From assembly GCA_963842145.1 (NCBI GenBank), contig CAWJFJ010000012.1:227060-291059 (forward strand): a stretch of DNA of 64,000 nucleotides, in the 5' to 3' direction. The position numbers were made by a program, and so were the translations under genes. This stretch comes from an uncultured Acidimicrobiaceae bacterium (GTDB taxonomy: Bacteria > Actinomycetota > Acidimicrobiia > Acidimicrobiales > UBA8190). Below, piece after piece: positions 48,358 through 57,408 of the stretch. Numbering within the stretch: the stretch's first letter is position 1; each line of letters opens with the position of its first letter. The notes beneath the pieces were generated by a model, which worked only from the letters and a program-made list of their open reading frames with translations, had not been told where the DNA came from and did no database searches.

Positions 48358-50595
48358 ATGACCCTGTCGCCCCGCATCATCGGGCGCCTCTCGGGCGCCC
48401 TGTGGGTGGCGTGTGGATCGCTGGTGGTCGTGACTGCCCCGATCATGCCCTTCCCGCCAGGCGCTCTCCCTCGGGGGGTGATCCTGGTCGGCTGCACGGC
48501 GGTGTTCTGTGGAATAGGGATCTGGGTGCTCCCCTGGAAGCGCTGGGGGCGGTCGGCCACTTTGTGGATCGTTCCCTTGGCCTTCGCCGCCATCGCCCTC
48601 TACAGCCAGTTCAGCCGGGACGAGGGATCTCTGTCCGGGTTGCTCTACCTGGTGACGTTTGTGTGGATCGGGCTTGCCCACCGTCAAGGCACCTCGTCGT
48701 CGTTCCTACCCCTCGTCACCCTGGCCTACGTGACACCACTATGGCTCGACGGCGATTGGCATAGTGGCTTCGGAGTGGCATCGGTCGTCTTCGTCGTGCC
48801 CTGCTGCATCGTGGTCGGCGAAATCGTGGCGTGGGTCGGCGCCCGCTTGCGACGATCAGAAACGGCTCTGACCGAGGCCGAGGCTCGCTTTCGCCTTGCT
48901 TTCGAGAACGCACCGATGGGCATGGGCATGGCCACGCTCGACGGGCGTGTCCTGCAGGTTAACCGGGCGTTTGCCGACGTCCTCGGATATCAGCCGACAG
49001 AGATGGAAGGGCTGCTCCTTCCGGACATCACACATCCTGAGGACCGCGACGCCAAGCACTCCGAGATCGAAGCGTGCCTGGCCGGCACGCTCGACCGCTA
49101 CCAAGTCGAAAAGCGCTACCGCCACGCCGAAGAGCACTACGTGTGGGTCCTCGTCAGTGCCGCCTGCGTGCGCGATGCGAGCGGATACCCTCTCTACATG
49201 ATCGGTCAGCTTGAGGACATCACCGAGCGCCGGGCCCTGCAAGATCGTCTCTCGCATGCCGCCGCCCACGACCTGCTGACGGGAATGCCCAATCGGGTGA
49301 GCTTCATGGACGAGCTGGAAGTGGCACGCCAGCGATGCCAGCGGGGACACCAACAGATCGCTGTCATGTTCCTCGACCTGGATCGCTTCAAGCTCATCAA
49401 CGACAGTCTCGGTCATGACGCCGGGGACAGACTCCTCCAACGGGTCGCCCAGCGCCTGAGGCGAGCGCTGCGCGCGGGCGACCTCCTCGCACGTTTCGGC
49501 GGCGATGAGTTCACCGTCCTGTGTGACGTGACGGACGAGTGTGACGCCGTCGAGATAGCCCAGCGCCTTCTCACCGCCATGAAGCGACCGTTGGCCACGG
49601 CCGACAGCGAAGTATTTGTCTCAGCAAGTATCGGCCTGGCCCTGTCTGTCTCCGGACAGGAGCCTGGATCGGAACTCCTGCGCAATGCCGACGTCGCCAT
49701 GTACCGAGCCAAGGTGCTCGGACCGGGGCACCTGGAGGTCTTCCACACGAGTGACGACGCGGGTCACGCCCGACGGTTGCGCACGTCCACCGACCTCCAC
49801 CGTGCCGTGGATCGGGAAGAGTTCGAACTGCACTATCAGCCCGTGGTGGAACTCCACTCCTCCACGCTCGTCGGTATCGAAGCGCTCGTCCGATGGCAGC
49901 ACCCCACCCGAGGTCTGCTGATGCCGGCAGAGTTCATACCTCTGGCCGAAGACAGCGGTCTGATTGTGCCGATGGGCACGTGGGTCCTGAACGAAGCCTG
50001 CCGACAGGCGGTGGCCTGGCAGCGATGTCGGACGGCTGCCGGTCTCGATGCGACCAGACTCAATATCTCGGTCAACGTCTCCGCTCATCAGCTGTTCGAC
50101 CCGACCTTTCCTCGACTTGTCGCCGACGCCATTGACACCTCCGGCATCGATGCGGACCGGCTGTGGCTTGAAATCACCGAATCCACTCTCATGACCCACA
50201 GCGAGGAAGAAGTGACAACGTTGCGGCGGCTGCGAGACCTCGGGTTGCACCTGGAGATCGATGATTTTGGCACCGGGTATTCGTCACTCAGCCGGCTCAA
50301 GCAGTTCCCTGTAGAGACGCTCAAGATCGACCGCAGTTTCATCGACAATCTGGACAATGACATAGGGGACATCGCCATCGTTCGAGCGATCATCGCCCTG
50401 GGTGAAGCCCTGGGCCTCTCGGTCATCGCCGAAGGAGTTGAAAGAGCAAGTCAGGCCCATGCTTTAACCAAGCTTGGCTGTTTCCTGGCTCAGGGCTACC
50501 TCTACGGACGGCCAAGGCCGGCAAATGCCATTGAGCCGTTCCCCGCCGACGACTTCGGTAGCTGGATTGGTGTTCCGGAGACCGCCACGGTTTGA
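48358..50595 (+). CDS. Membrane-PAS-GGDEF-EAL protein
   Basis: Multi-TM N-terminus, PAS (FENAPMGMGMATLDGRVLQVNRAF), RFGGDEFTVL, and EALVRWQHP...DDFGTGYSSL. Confidence 0.88.
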   Translation: MTLSPRIIGRLSGALWVACGSLVVVTAPIMPFPPGALPRGVILVGCTAVFCGIGIWVLPWKRWGRSATLWIVPLAFAAIALYSQFSRDEGSLSGLLYLVTFVWIGLAHRQGTSSSFLPLVTLAYVTPLWLDGDWHSGFGVASVVFVVPCCIVVGEIVAWVGARLRRSETALTEAEARFRLAFENAPMGMGMATLDGRVLQVNRAFADVLGYQPTEMEGLLLPDITHPEDRDAKHSEIEACLAGTLDRYQVEKRYRHAEEHYVWVLVSAACVRDASGYPLYMIGQLEDITERRALQDRLSHAAAHDLLTGMPNRVSFMDELEVARQRCQRGHQQIAVMFLDLDRFKLINDSLGHDAGDRLLQRVAQRLRRALRAGDLLARFGGDEFTVLCDVTDECDAVEIAQRLLTAMKRPLATADSEVFVSASIGLALSVSGQEPGSELLRNADVAMYRAKVLGPGHLEVFHTSDDAGHARRLRTSTDLHRAVDREEFELHYQPVVELHSSTLVGIEALVRWQHPTRGLLMPAEFIPLAEDSGLIVPMGTWVLNEACRQAVAWQRCRTAAGLDATRLNISVNVSAHQLFDPTFPRLVADAIDTSGIDADRLWLEITESTLMTHSEEEVTTLRRLRDLGLHLEIDDFGTGYSSLSRLKQFPVETLKIDRSFIDNLDNDIGDIAIVRAIIALGEALGLSVIAEGVERASQAHALTKLGCFLAQGYLYGRPRPANAIEPFPADDFGSWIGVPETATV

Positions 50596-50713
50596 ATTCC
50601 CTTTAGTAGATCGATGAGGCTCGACATCGCATCGAGGTCCTTGTCGAACACTGTTAGGTAAGAGACACCGACGCTCGTGACCACGTGGCCGGGCAAGCAC
50701 CTCAATTGTCAAC

Positions 50714-51544
50714 TCAGTGTTCGGTCAACTCGTAGACCGCATGCACCGGCCAATGATCCGACGGGGCCACATTGCCCGCATAAACATGAGGACTCGACGC
50801 CGAAAGCGGTCGAGCGTTCTTGTTGGCAACAATCCAATCGAGGACAAAGCTCGATGCAAATACCGACCCCAGCAGACGATCTGGATAGGCGGGCATGGTC
50901 GGCGGAGGTATCTGATGCAGTTTCGCCCAACAGCTATCGAAACCTGCCATCAGGAGGTGTGCCAATGGGGCGAGCGAGTCGTTGAAGTCGCCCAAGAGGA
51001 AGGCAGCTTCACTCTCGCGAACAAGCCGGCCAAGAACTCCGATGATTGCTTTGATCTCGCTCACCCGGCTATTGCGCCCCTCGTCCAGCTCGCTCGACAA
51101 ACCTGCGTCGCTGAGGTGGATGTCGCCAACGAATAGCGTCATCGGCCGATCGACCACCTGCAGACGCGTCCAAAAGAGGCGATGATTCGGATATGTCTCG
51201 ATTCCGAACTCCTCGGCACCGTACTCAACGAGCTGGAAAAGGTTACGGTTCCACCAGATATTGCCCTCTGTCGTCCAACCACCGAACGAATCCTCTACGC
51301 GTCCGTGATCCGACAGCACGTCGTCGAGAAGCTCTCGGGTCTCGGGGGTTAGTTCTTGGACGCACAGTACGTCTGGCCGATACCGTTCAAGGAACAGCCG
51401 AACGGCAGGCTCGCGCTCGGGCCAGCGCTCCGTGCCCCACAGATTGTACGTAGTCAACGACAGCCTGACCGGGAACACGACGCCTCCAACCTCCTCCTGG
51501 TCTCTGGGGCTCCAGGTTCCATCATATTCTGGCCGTTTCCGCAC
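50714..51544 (-). CDS. Endonuclease/exonuclease/phosphatase (EEP) family protein
   Basis: LTTYNLWG, DVLCVQE, GDFN and the SDHWPV end motif. Confidence 0.8.
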   Translation of the reverse strand: MRKRPEYDGTWSPRDQEEVGGVVFPVRLSLTTYNLWGTERWPEREPAVRLFLERYRPDVLCVQELTPETRELLDDVLSDHGRVEDSFGGWTTEGNIWWNRNLFQLVEYGAEEFGIETYPNHRLFWTRLQVVDRPMTLFVGDIHLSDAGLSSELDEGRNSRVSEIKAIIGVLGRLVRESEAAFLLGDFNDSLAPLAHLLMAGFDSCWAKLHQIPPPTMPAYPDRLLGSVFASSFVLDWIVANKNARPLSASSPHVYAGNVAPSDHWPVHAVYELTEH

Positions 51545-51609
51545 ATCCCAGCCCGTCGAGGTCGAGGCTCAGAAAGGATGGCTTCAGTGAGCGACACCTA
51601 TTCAGATGG

Positions 51610-52059
51610 CTAGCTGACGCAGAACTCATTCCTCTCGGGATCCTGCATCAGTGCGAAATAGTCCATCTCATCAGAGTCGGTGCGGACATGAGCGGCACCC
51701 ATGTGGACTAATCGGTCGACCTCCGCGTTCACGAGCGGTTGGCTGGTCTGTTTGGGTGCTCCGGGTGCCACGCGAAGGTCGAGATGAACACGATTCTTGA
51801 CGAGCTTTCGTTCCGGCACACGGTGGAACAGCACAGACGGTCCATGCCCATCAGGATCGACGACCTTGCTCCATTGTTCACCCTGCTCCGCAGCAACTCT
51901 TTGCGAGAATTCCCGCCAACTGGAGTGTCCTCCGGGTGGGTCCGCAATCCGATAGTCGAGCGCCTCTGCCCAGAACTCGGCGAGTCGGTCCGGGTCGATG
52001 CAGTCGATAGCCACCTGCATTTGTCTCGCCATGAGAACAGGATATTCGATCGGGTCCAT
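51610..52059 (-). CDS. VOC/glyoxalase-like domain protein
   Basis: VAIDCIDPDRLAEFWAEALDY...KNRVHLDL...DPERNEFCV. Start uncertain (alternative M at 52032). Confidence 0.7.
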   Translation of the reverse strand: MDPIEYPVLMARQMQVAIDCIDPDRLAEFWAEALDYRIADPPGGHSSWREFSQRVAAEQGEQWSKVVDPDGHGPSVLFHRVPERKLVKNRVHLDLRVAPGAPKQTSQPLVNAEVDRLVHMGAAHVRTDSDEMDYFALMQDPERNEFCVS

Positions 52060-52525
52060 CGAGGCACTTTGACAGACTGCTCAGGGCATGCCGATCTGTG
52101 CGGTTGGCGGAGTAACGGTCCCAGGATCGAAAGGCTGGATCAACAAGGTGCGCAAAGTTAGGCGCGGCGGGAGAATGCCCTACGACCTCGTTCTAAAAGA
52201 CGTTTCGCTAATACAGTGACTACTTGGTCACAAAGAGAGACCGGTGTGCTCCCGTGGAGGACCGTTAAGACCCTTTGGTCCAGGTTTGATGACAATAATC
52301 CGGGGATTTGACCTCCGGATTCTCGTCCCGATGGTCAGAGAATCGGAACCCGGACGGTCTCAATGTCATGTGGTTGCGGGGCTGGGACCCGTCGGGCGGG
52401 TTAAGACTACAATGATTGGCACCGGCAGCGATGTGAGCGTTAGTCGTGCCTCGCGCGATGTGGCATTGGCGAGATCGCCGGGAATGGCGTGACCGACAGC
52501 CGGGCAGAAACAGGGGGGACCCAAT

Positions 52526-53821
52526 GTGGAACTTCGCCGTGGGAGCCTGACGGTCGCAACAGCGGCGGCGGTTGGCCTGGTCGCCGCCGCTTGCTCGACC
52601 ACGTCCGGGGCCGGATCCGCCTCGTCGACGGCGCCCGGTGTGTCGAAGCATGCGATCATCGTGGGCAGCCTGACCACGGCGTCGGGACCGCTCGCCGGAC
52701 AATTCGCCCAGGTCGTCGACGGCGTGCAGGCCTACTTCGACGCCGTCGACGCCCAAGGCGGCGTCGACGGCCGCAAGATCTACCTGAGATACCAGGCCGA
52801 CGACACCGGGAGCCCGACCGACGACACCACCGAAGCCCGGAACCTCGTGGAGCAGAACCACGTCTTCGCCGTGGTCGGTGTAGGCACGCCGTTCTTCACC
52901 GGTGCCTCGTTCTTCGCCGCCGAGGGCACCCCCGCCTTCGGCTACGTGGTCAGCCCGGACTGGGACAACAGCCCCAATCTCTTCGGCGCCTACGGGTCCT
53001 ATCTCGACTACACCACCAGCCAGCCCCTCGAGGCGCACCTAGCCCGGCAGCTCCATGCCAAGTCCGTGGCCGTGGTGGCGTACAACGTCGCGGCCCAGTC
53101 GGAGGATGCCTGCGCCTCGGTGGTCCAAGGGCTGCAGAAGGCCGGCGTCCACGTCGGGTTTCAGGACCTGGCCTTCGGCCTGGGCGCCAACCCCACGGCC
53201 GACGTGGTCAAGATGAAGGCGGCGGGTGTGGATCTCTTCATCTCGTGCATGTCCGGCTCAGACAACCTCGCCTTCGCCACGGCCATGCACCAGTACGGCA
53301 TGGCTTCGGTGCACCAGATCTGGCTCACCGGCTACGACCGTTCCTACCTCGGACAAGCCCCGGCGGACATGGTGGGCGTCATCTATCTCCTGCTGCACGT
53401 ACCCTTTGAGGCCGTGGCCGCCTACCCGGGCAAGTACCCGGCCATGGCCCAATACCTGGCCACCATGAAGAAGTATGAGCCGCAATACGTTTACAATGAC
53501 CTCGCCTTCCAGGGCTACGTGAACGCCGTGCAGTTCGTGCAGGGCCTGAAGGAGATGGTCAAAGCTGGTCTACCCATCACCCAGGCCAACCTGATAAAGA
53601 CGATCAACAAGGAGACCACCTTCACCGGGGGGTTGACGACACCGGTGAACTGGACGCACGCGCACTCCTCGGCACCGCCTCCGTACTGCGAGGCCTTCGT
53701 GGAAGTATTCCCCGGCGACGTGCTCAAGCCCGCCTTCGTCCAGAGGAACGACGAGGTCTTCGTGTGCGCCAACAACCAGGGGACGATCGTGCCGCCGCCT
53801 GCGGGTACGCCGGGCCTCTGA
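52526..53821 (+). CDS. ABC transporter substrate-binding lipoprotein (branched-chain amino acid type)
   Basis: Signal peptide with lipobox (GLVAAAC at the cleavage Cys) and a periplasmic-binding-protein type I pattern. No intact permease or ATPase genes follow. Confidence 0.8.
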   Translation: MELRRGSLTVATAAAVGLVAAACSTTSGAGSASSTAPGVSKHAIIVGSLTTASGPLAGQFAQVVDGVQAYFDAVDAQGGVDGRKIYLRYQADDTGSPTDDTTEARNLVEQNHVFAVVGVGTPFFTGASFFAAEGTPAFGYVVSPDWDNSPNLFGAYGSYLDYTTSQPLEAHLARQLHAKSVAVVAYNVAAQSEDACASVVQGLQKAGVHVGFQDLAFGLGANPTADVVKMKAAGVDLFISCMSGSDNLAFATAMHQYGMASVHQIWLTGYDRSYLGQAPADMVGVIYLLLHVPFEAVAAYPGKYPAMAQYLATMKKYEPQYVYNDLAFQGYVNAVQFVQGLKEMVKAGLPITQANLIKTINKETTFTGGLTTPVNWTHAHSSAPPPYCEAFVEVFPGDVLKPAFVQRNDEVFVCANNQGTIVPPPAGTPGL

Positions 53822-53836
53822 TCGCCGGCGGCGTCG

Positions 53837-53960
53837 GTGAACACCTTCCTCGACGACGCGATGCCTGACATATTGCCGGGCATGGCCGTCGGCCTGGTGC
53901 TCGCCTTCCGCGCCAGAGGGTTATGCAACCTGGCGTTCGCCGCTCGGGCCTTCGTGACCC
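53837..53960 (+). pseudogene. Possible N-terminal remnant of a LivH-like permease
   Basis: FLDDAMPDILPGMAVGLVLAFRARGLCNLAFAARAF resembles the first helix of branched-chain permeases, then similarity stops. Confidence 0.3.
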
Positions 53961-53998
53961 ACGCGCGATCTGCTCAACTGGTTGATCGAGGACAGCCA

Positions 53999-55284
53999 AT
54001 GATGCCTCCGGATGCAGAAACGACCGACGTCGTCGTGATCGGCGCGGGGATGGCCGGGGCGAGCGCGGCTCGGGCCCTTGCTCAGGGCGGGACCCGCATC
54101 GTGGTCGTCGAAGCCACCGACCGCGTCGGTGGCAGGATCAGCACAGTTCGAGACTTTGCTGAGACTCCCGTTGAGGCCGGTGCGGAGTTCATTCACGGAG
54201 TGAACGCCGCCACGTGGTCCGACGTGCGTGCCGCCGGACTCGCCGTGCAGCCGGTGCCCTATCGGTACTCGTGGTTCGAACTGGGCGGACGCACCCGCTG
54301 GCTCCCCTTGCATCTGGCGTACCCCGGGTCTGGCCGGTGGCGACAGTCCTGCGGTCCCTCGGCCATCTGCGCGGTGATGATCGCTCCGCGGCCGCCTTCA
54401 TCGCCGACAAGGGCTACAGAGGCCGGGCCCGTGAGCTGGCGCAGCTCGTGCTCACCGCACACCTACCCGGCAGCGTGGAAGAGGTCGGGGTCAGAGGGCT
54501 AAAGGCCGATGGCGTCCTCCGCCTCGAAGGTGGGCTCAACCATCGGGTGCTCGACGGCTACGATCGCCTCCCCCACCATGTCGCGCTCGGGCTCGACATC
54601 CGCTTCAGCTTCGAGGTGACCACGGTGGCCTGGGGCCCCGACGGGGTCGAGGTCACCGCCCGCGACGGACGGCGGATTCGGGCCCGTGCTGGTGTGATGA
54701 CACTGCCCCACGCTGTGTTGCGCGCCGCGGTCGTCACGTTCGAGCCGACGCTGCCCGAAACCAAGACGTCCGCCCTGTCACGCATCGCCACGGGCCCCGT
54801 GGTCAAGGTGCTCCTGCGCTTTGCCGAACGGTTCTGGCCTCGACGGATGGTCGAGCTCGTGTGTGGAGAAGGACCGGTCACGCTCTATTGGCCGACCTCC
54901 TACGGGACCACGGGCCCCCCTGTGCTCATCGCCTACGCCACCGGGCCGCGTGCCGCTGCGCTGTCGAAAGCCGGCGACGCTCTCGCGATCGAACTGGTGC
55001 TCGATGACGTCGGTCGGTTGTTCCCCCGAGTGGATCCCCGACGACTCGTGCGCGCCGCCCGTTTTGTCAACTGGTCGACCGATCCGATGGCGCTCGGCGG
55101 GTATACGTTTCTTCCCCCCGGGGCCGTCGGGGCCCGTGAGCAACTTGCCGCACCGGACACCGGCGCCTTGATATGGGCAGGATCCGCCACGGTGTGCCGA
55201 CCCATTGCTGACACGGTAGAGGCCGCTTACCTGAGCGGGTTGCGTGCGGCCCGTCAGGTCAGTGTCATCCTAAGGCGCCCATGA
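53999..55284 (+). pseudogene. FAD-dependent amine oxidase, frameshifted
   Basis: DVVVIGAGMAGASAARAL...VVEATDRVGGR is in the frame of ORF 53837..54502. The remainder, through GGYTFLPPGA...AGSATV, is in ORF 54214..55284. The frame changes near 54290-54320. Confidence 0.8.
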
Positions 55285-55552
55285 GCAGCAGGGCTGCGCG
55301 AGTTGCACACAAATCCACCAGCGCGAACCATCGTGTCGGGTTCGCTCCCCGTCTGGCCGACCTGAGCTCAACGTCGGCCCCAGGCTGCGTAAGCTAACAC
55401 GCATGTCAGTCACGCCCCTCGTCCCCGTAACCGGACAACCTCCGGCCGACGCCGACTCACAGCGTGAGCACCCACTCGGAGCCACGGGGTCTGACGCCGC
55501 GTCGCTGCCGGCTGGCCCGTCGGGGACGCTCGGCGAACCGAAGGAGGTGGGT

Positions 55553-56824
55553 ATGTCCTCGCGCTCTCCGTGGGGTTTTGCCGCGGCTGCTTATCACCGG
55601 GCCCGGCGCGTGACGGGAGACCCGCGCCTCGCCGGCGTCTTGCGGGCAGGCCCCCGGGTGGCGTCCTTCCTGGTGCGCGGCAGGGCTCGAAACACCGGTG
55701 CCGCCGAGGACGACAGTATCGTGCCCGTGCGACCGACGGCCGGCCTGGCCGTGCAGGCGCTCCTCGACGAGGTGCTTATCGCCGTCTTCCGCCACCCGGA
55801 TCTGCTGCCGAGACCGGGCGACTACGAGCCCTCCGCCGCCGATCTGGCGAGCACCCGGGCGCTCTTCGAGGCCCGTGGGTGGCTCGCGCACCCCGGCCTC
55901 TACCACCGAGAACCCGACACGCCCGAAGACGTGCGGTCACGCCACGAGCATGCCCTGGGCCTCGGCTACGAGCACGCCACCTTCACGAGCGGCTGGGAGC
56001 CTGACCCCGAAGAACCGGGGCGCAGTCGATGGCTCGACCACGAGGCGAATCGCAGCGTGCACGCGTGGTTGGCGCGCGCCCCGGGACGTGACCATGGCAT
56101 GTGGCTGGTCTGCGTCCACGGCTTCGGCATGGGCACCTCCGCGTCGATGGACCTACGAGCGTTCCGGGCCACCCAGCTTCATCGCAGGGGAATCAACGTC
56201 ATCGTGCCGGTCCTGCCGCTGCACGGGCCACGGGCCTCGGGTCGGGTGCGGGGCGAGGACCTCATGACCATCGATCTGGTTGACAGCATGCACGGCATGG
56301 CGCAAGCCACCTGGGACATGCGCCGGGTGATCAGATGGTTGCGCGAGACCCACGGTGCCCGACACGTGGGCGTCATCGGCTACTCGCTCGGCGCCCTTGT
56401 CGCCTCGCTTGTCGCCTCCGTCGAAGACGACCTCGCGTGCGTGATCGCCGGCATTCCGGTGGTCGATCTCCCGGAGCTGTTCCGGCGGCACAGCCCGGCG
56501 CGCATCGCCCGCTTGGCCGATGCCTACGGGGTCCTCGGTCAGGCCGCCGACGACGTCCACCGGGTGGTCTCCCCACTGGCCATGGATTGCCGGGTCCCGT
56601 TCGAGCGACGCTTCCTCTTCGCCGGCCTGGGCGACCGGATGTCGACGTTCGGCCAGGCGCGGCGGCTTTGGCTGCACTGGGACCGCCCCACCCTAGCCAC
56701 CTACGCCGGCGGCCACGTGGGCTTCTACTGGTCGGGCGCCGTCAAGCGGCTCGTGGACGACGCCATATCCAGTTCGTTTCCGGCCGTAGCCACCCACTCC
56801 CAGACACCACGGGTGAGGCGATGA
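55553..56824 (+). CDS. Alpha/beta-fold hydrolase (possible lipase/esterase)
   Basis: HGFGMG oxyanion region and GYSLG nucleophile elbow. The strong RBS GAAGGAGG before the ATG at 55553 favours this start over 55403. Confidence 0.75.
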   Translation: MSSRSPWGFAAAAYHRARRVTGDPRLAGVLRAGPRVASFLVRGRARNTGAAEDDSIVPVRPTAGLAVQALLDEVLIAVFRHPDLLPRPGDYEPSAADLASTRALFEARGWLAHPGLYHREPDTPEDVRSRHEHALGLGYEHATFTSGWEPDPEEPGRSRWLDHEANRSVHAWLARAPGRDHGMWLVCVHGFGMGTSASMDLRAFRATQLHRRGINVIVPVLPLHGPRASGRVRGEDLMTIDLVDSMHGMAQATWDMRRVIRWLRETHGARHVGVIGYSLGALVASLVASVEDDLACVIAGIPVVDLPELFRRHSPARIARLADAYGVLGQAADDVHRVVSPLAMDCRVPFERRFLFAGLGDRMSTFGQARRLWLHWDRPTLATYAGGHVGFYWSGAVKRLVDDAISSSFPAVATHSQTPRVRR

Positions 56825-56825
56825 C

Positions 56826-57177
56826 CTAGGGCGCTGCCCTCACGCTCTGCTTTGCCGGCCGCGTCACCCGAACTGCCTGAGGCCCCTTGGACGCTCTCGT
56901 TGTCCTGGATCTCCGCGCCGGGCCGGTCGCCTTCGGCTTGGTCCTGGTGGTCGACAGCGTTGCGTGTCTGCTCCAGAATCCTTTGCGCAAACTCGCGCTG
57001 GGTCTTCAGGACCGCCTCGGTGAATTCCAGAATGCCTTCTATCAGCTCGCTTACCACTGGCACTTCGACCGGTAGGAACTCGCCCACGGTCTCGGCCGCC
57101 TTACCTAGGGCTGCCTCCTCGCTCTCGCGAACGAAATCGAAGACCTCCTCCTCTAACCGATTCCCATGCGTTACCAT
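56826..57177 (-). pseudogene. Phasin-like small protein, paralog P2, with a 4-nt indel relative to P1
   Basis: MVTHGNRLEEEVFDFVRESEE...KTQREFAQRILEQTRNAV. After about 56951 the P1-like basic tail (TTRTKPKATGPARRSRTTRASKGPQAVRVTRPAKQSVRAAP-stop at 56826) is only readable in the +1 frame. The uninterrupted ORF 56725..57210 instead gives an acidic tail overlapping the hydrolase gene. Confidence 0.6.
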
Positions 57178-57408
57178 GACAACGGCTCCTTCCTGCTGGG
57201 CCCCCGGCATCCGCCTACCCTCAGCGTGCGCTGCTTTCGACGCCGATGACAGGGCCGAAGGTCACTTGCGCGAAGTCTCTACGGTGAGCCAGACGTGCAG
57301 GCGTGAGCTGAACCTGAGCGCTCCCTTCACTCGGACGGCATGGCGACCCAGCAGAGGTTCATGGACGTGCCAACGATGGACGCCAGGCGCCTCCGATCAC
57401 CGAGACCG

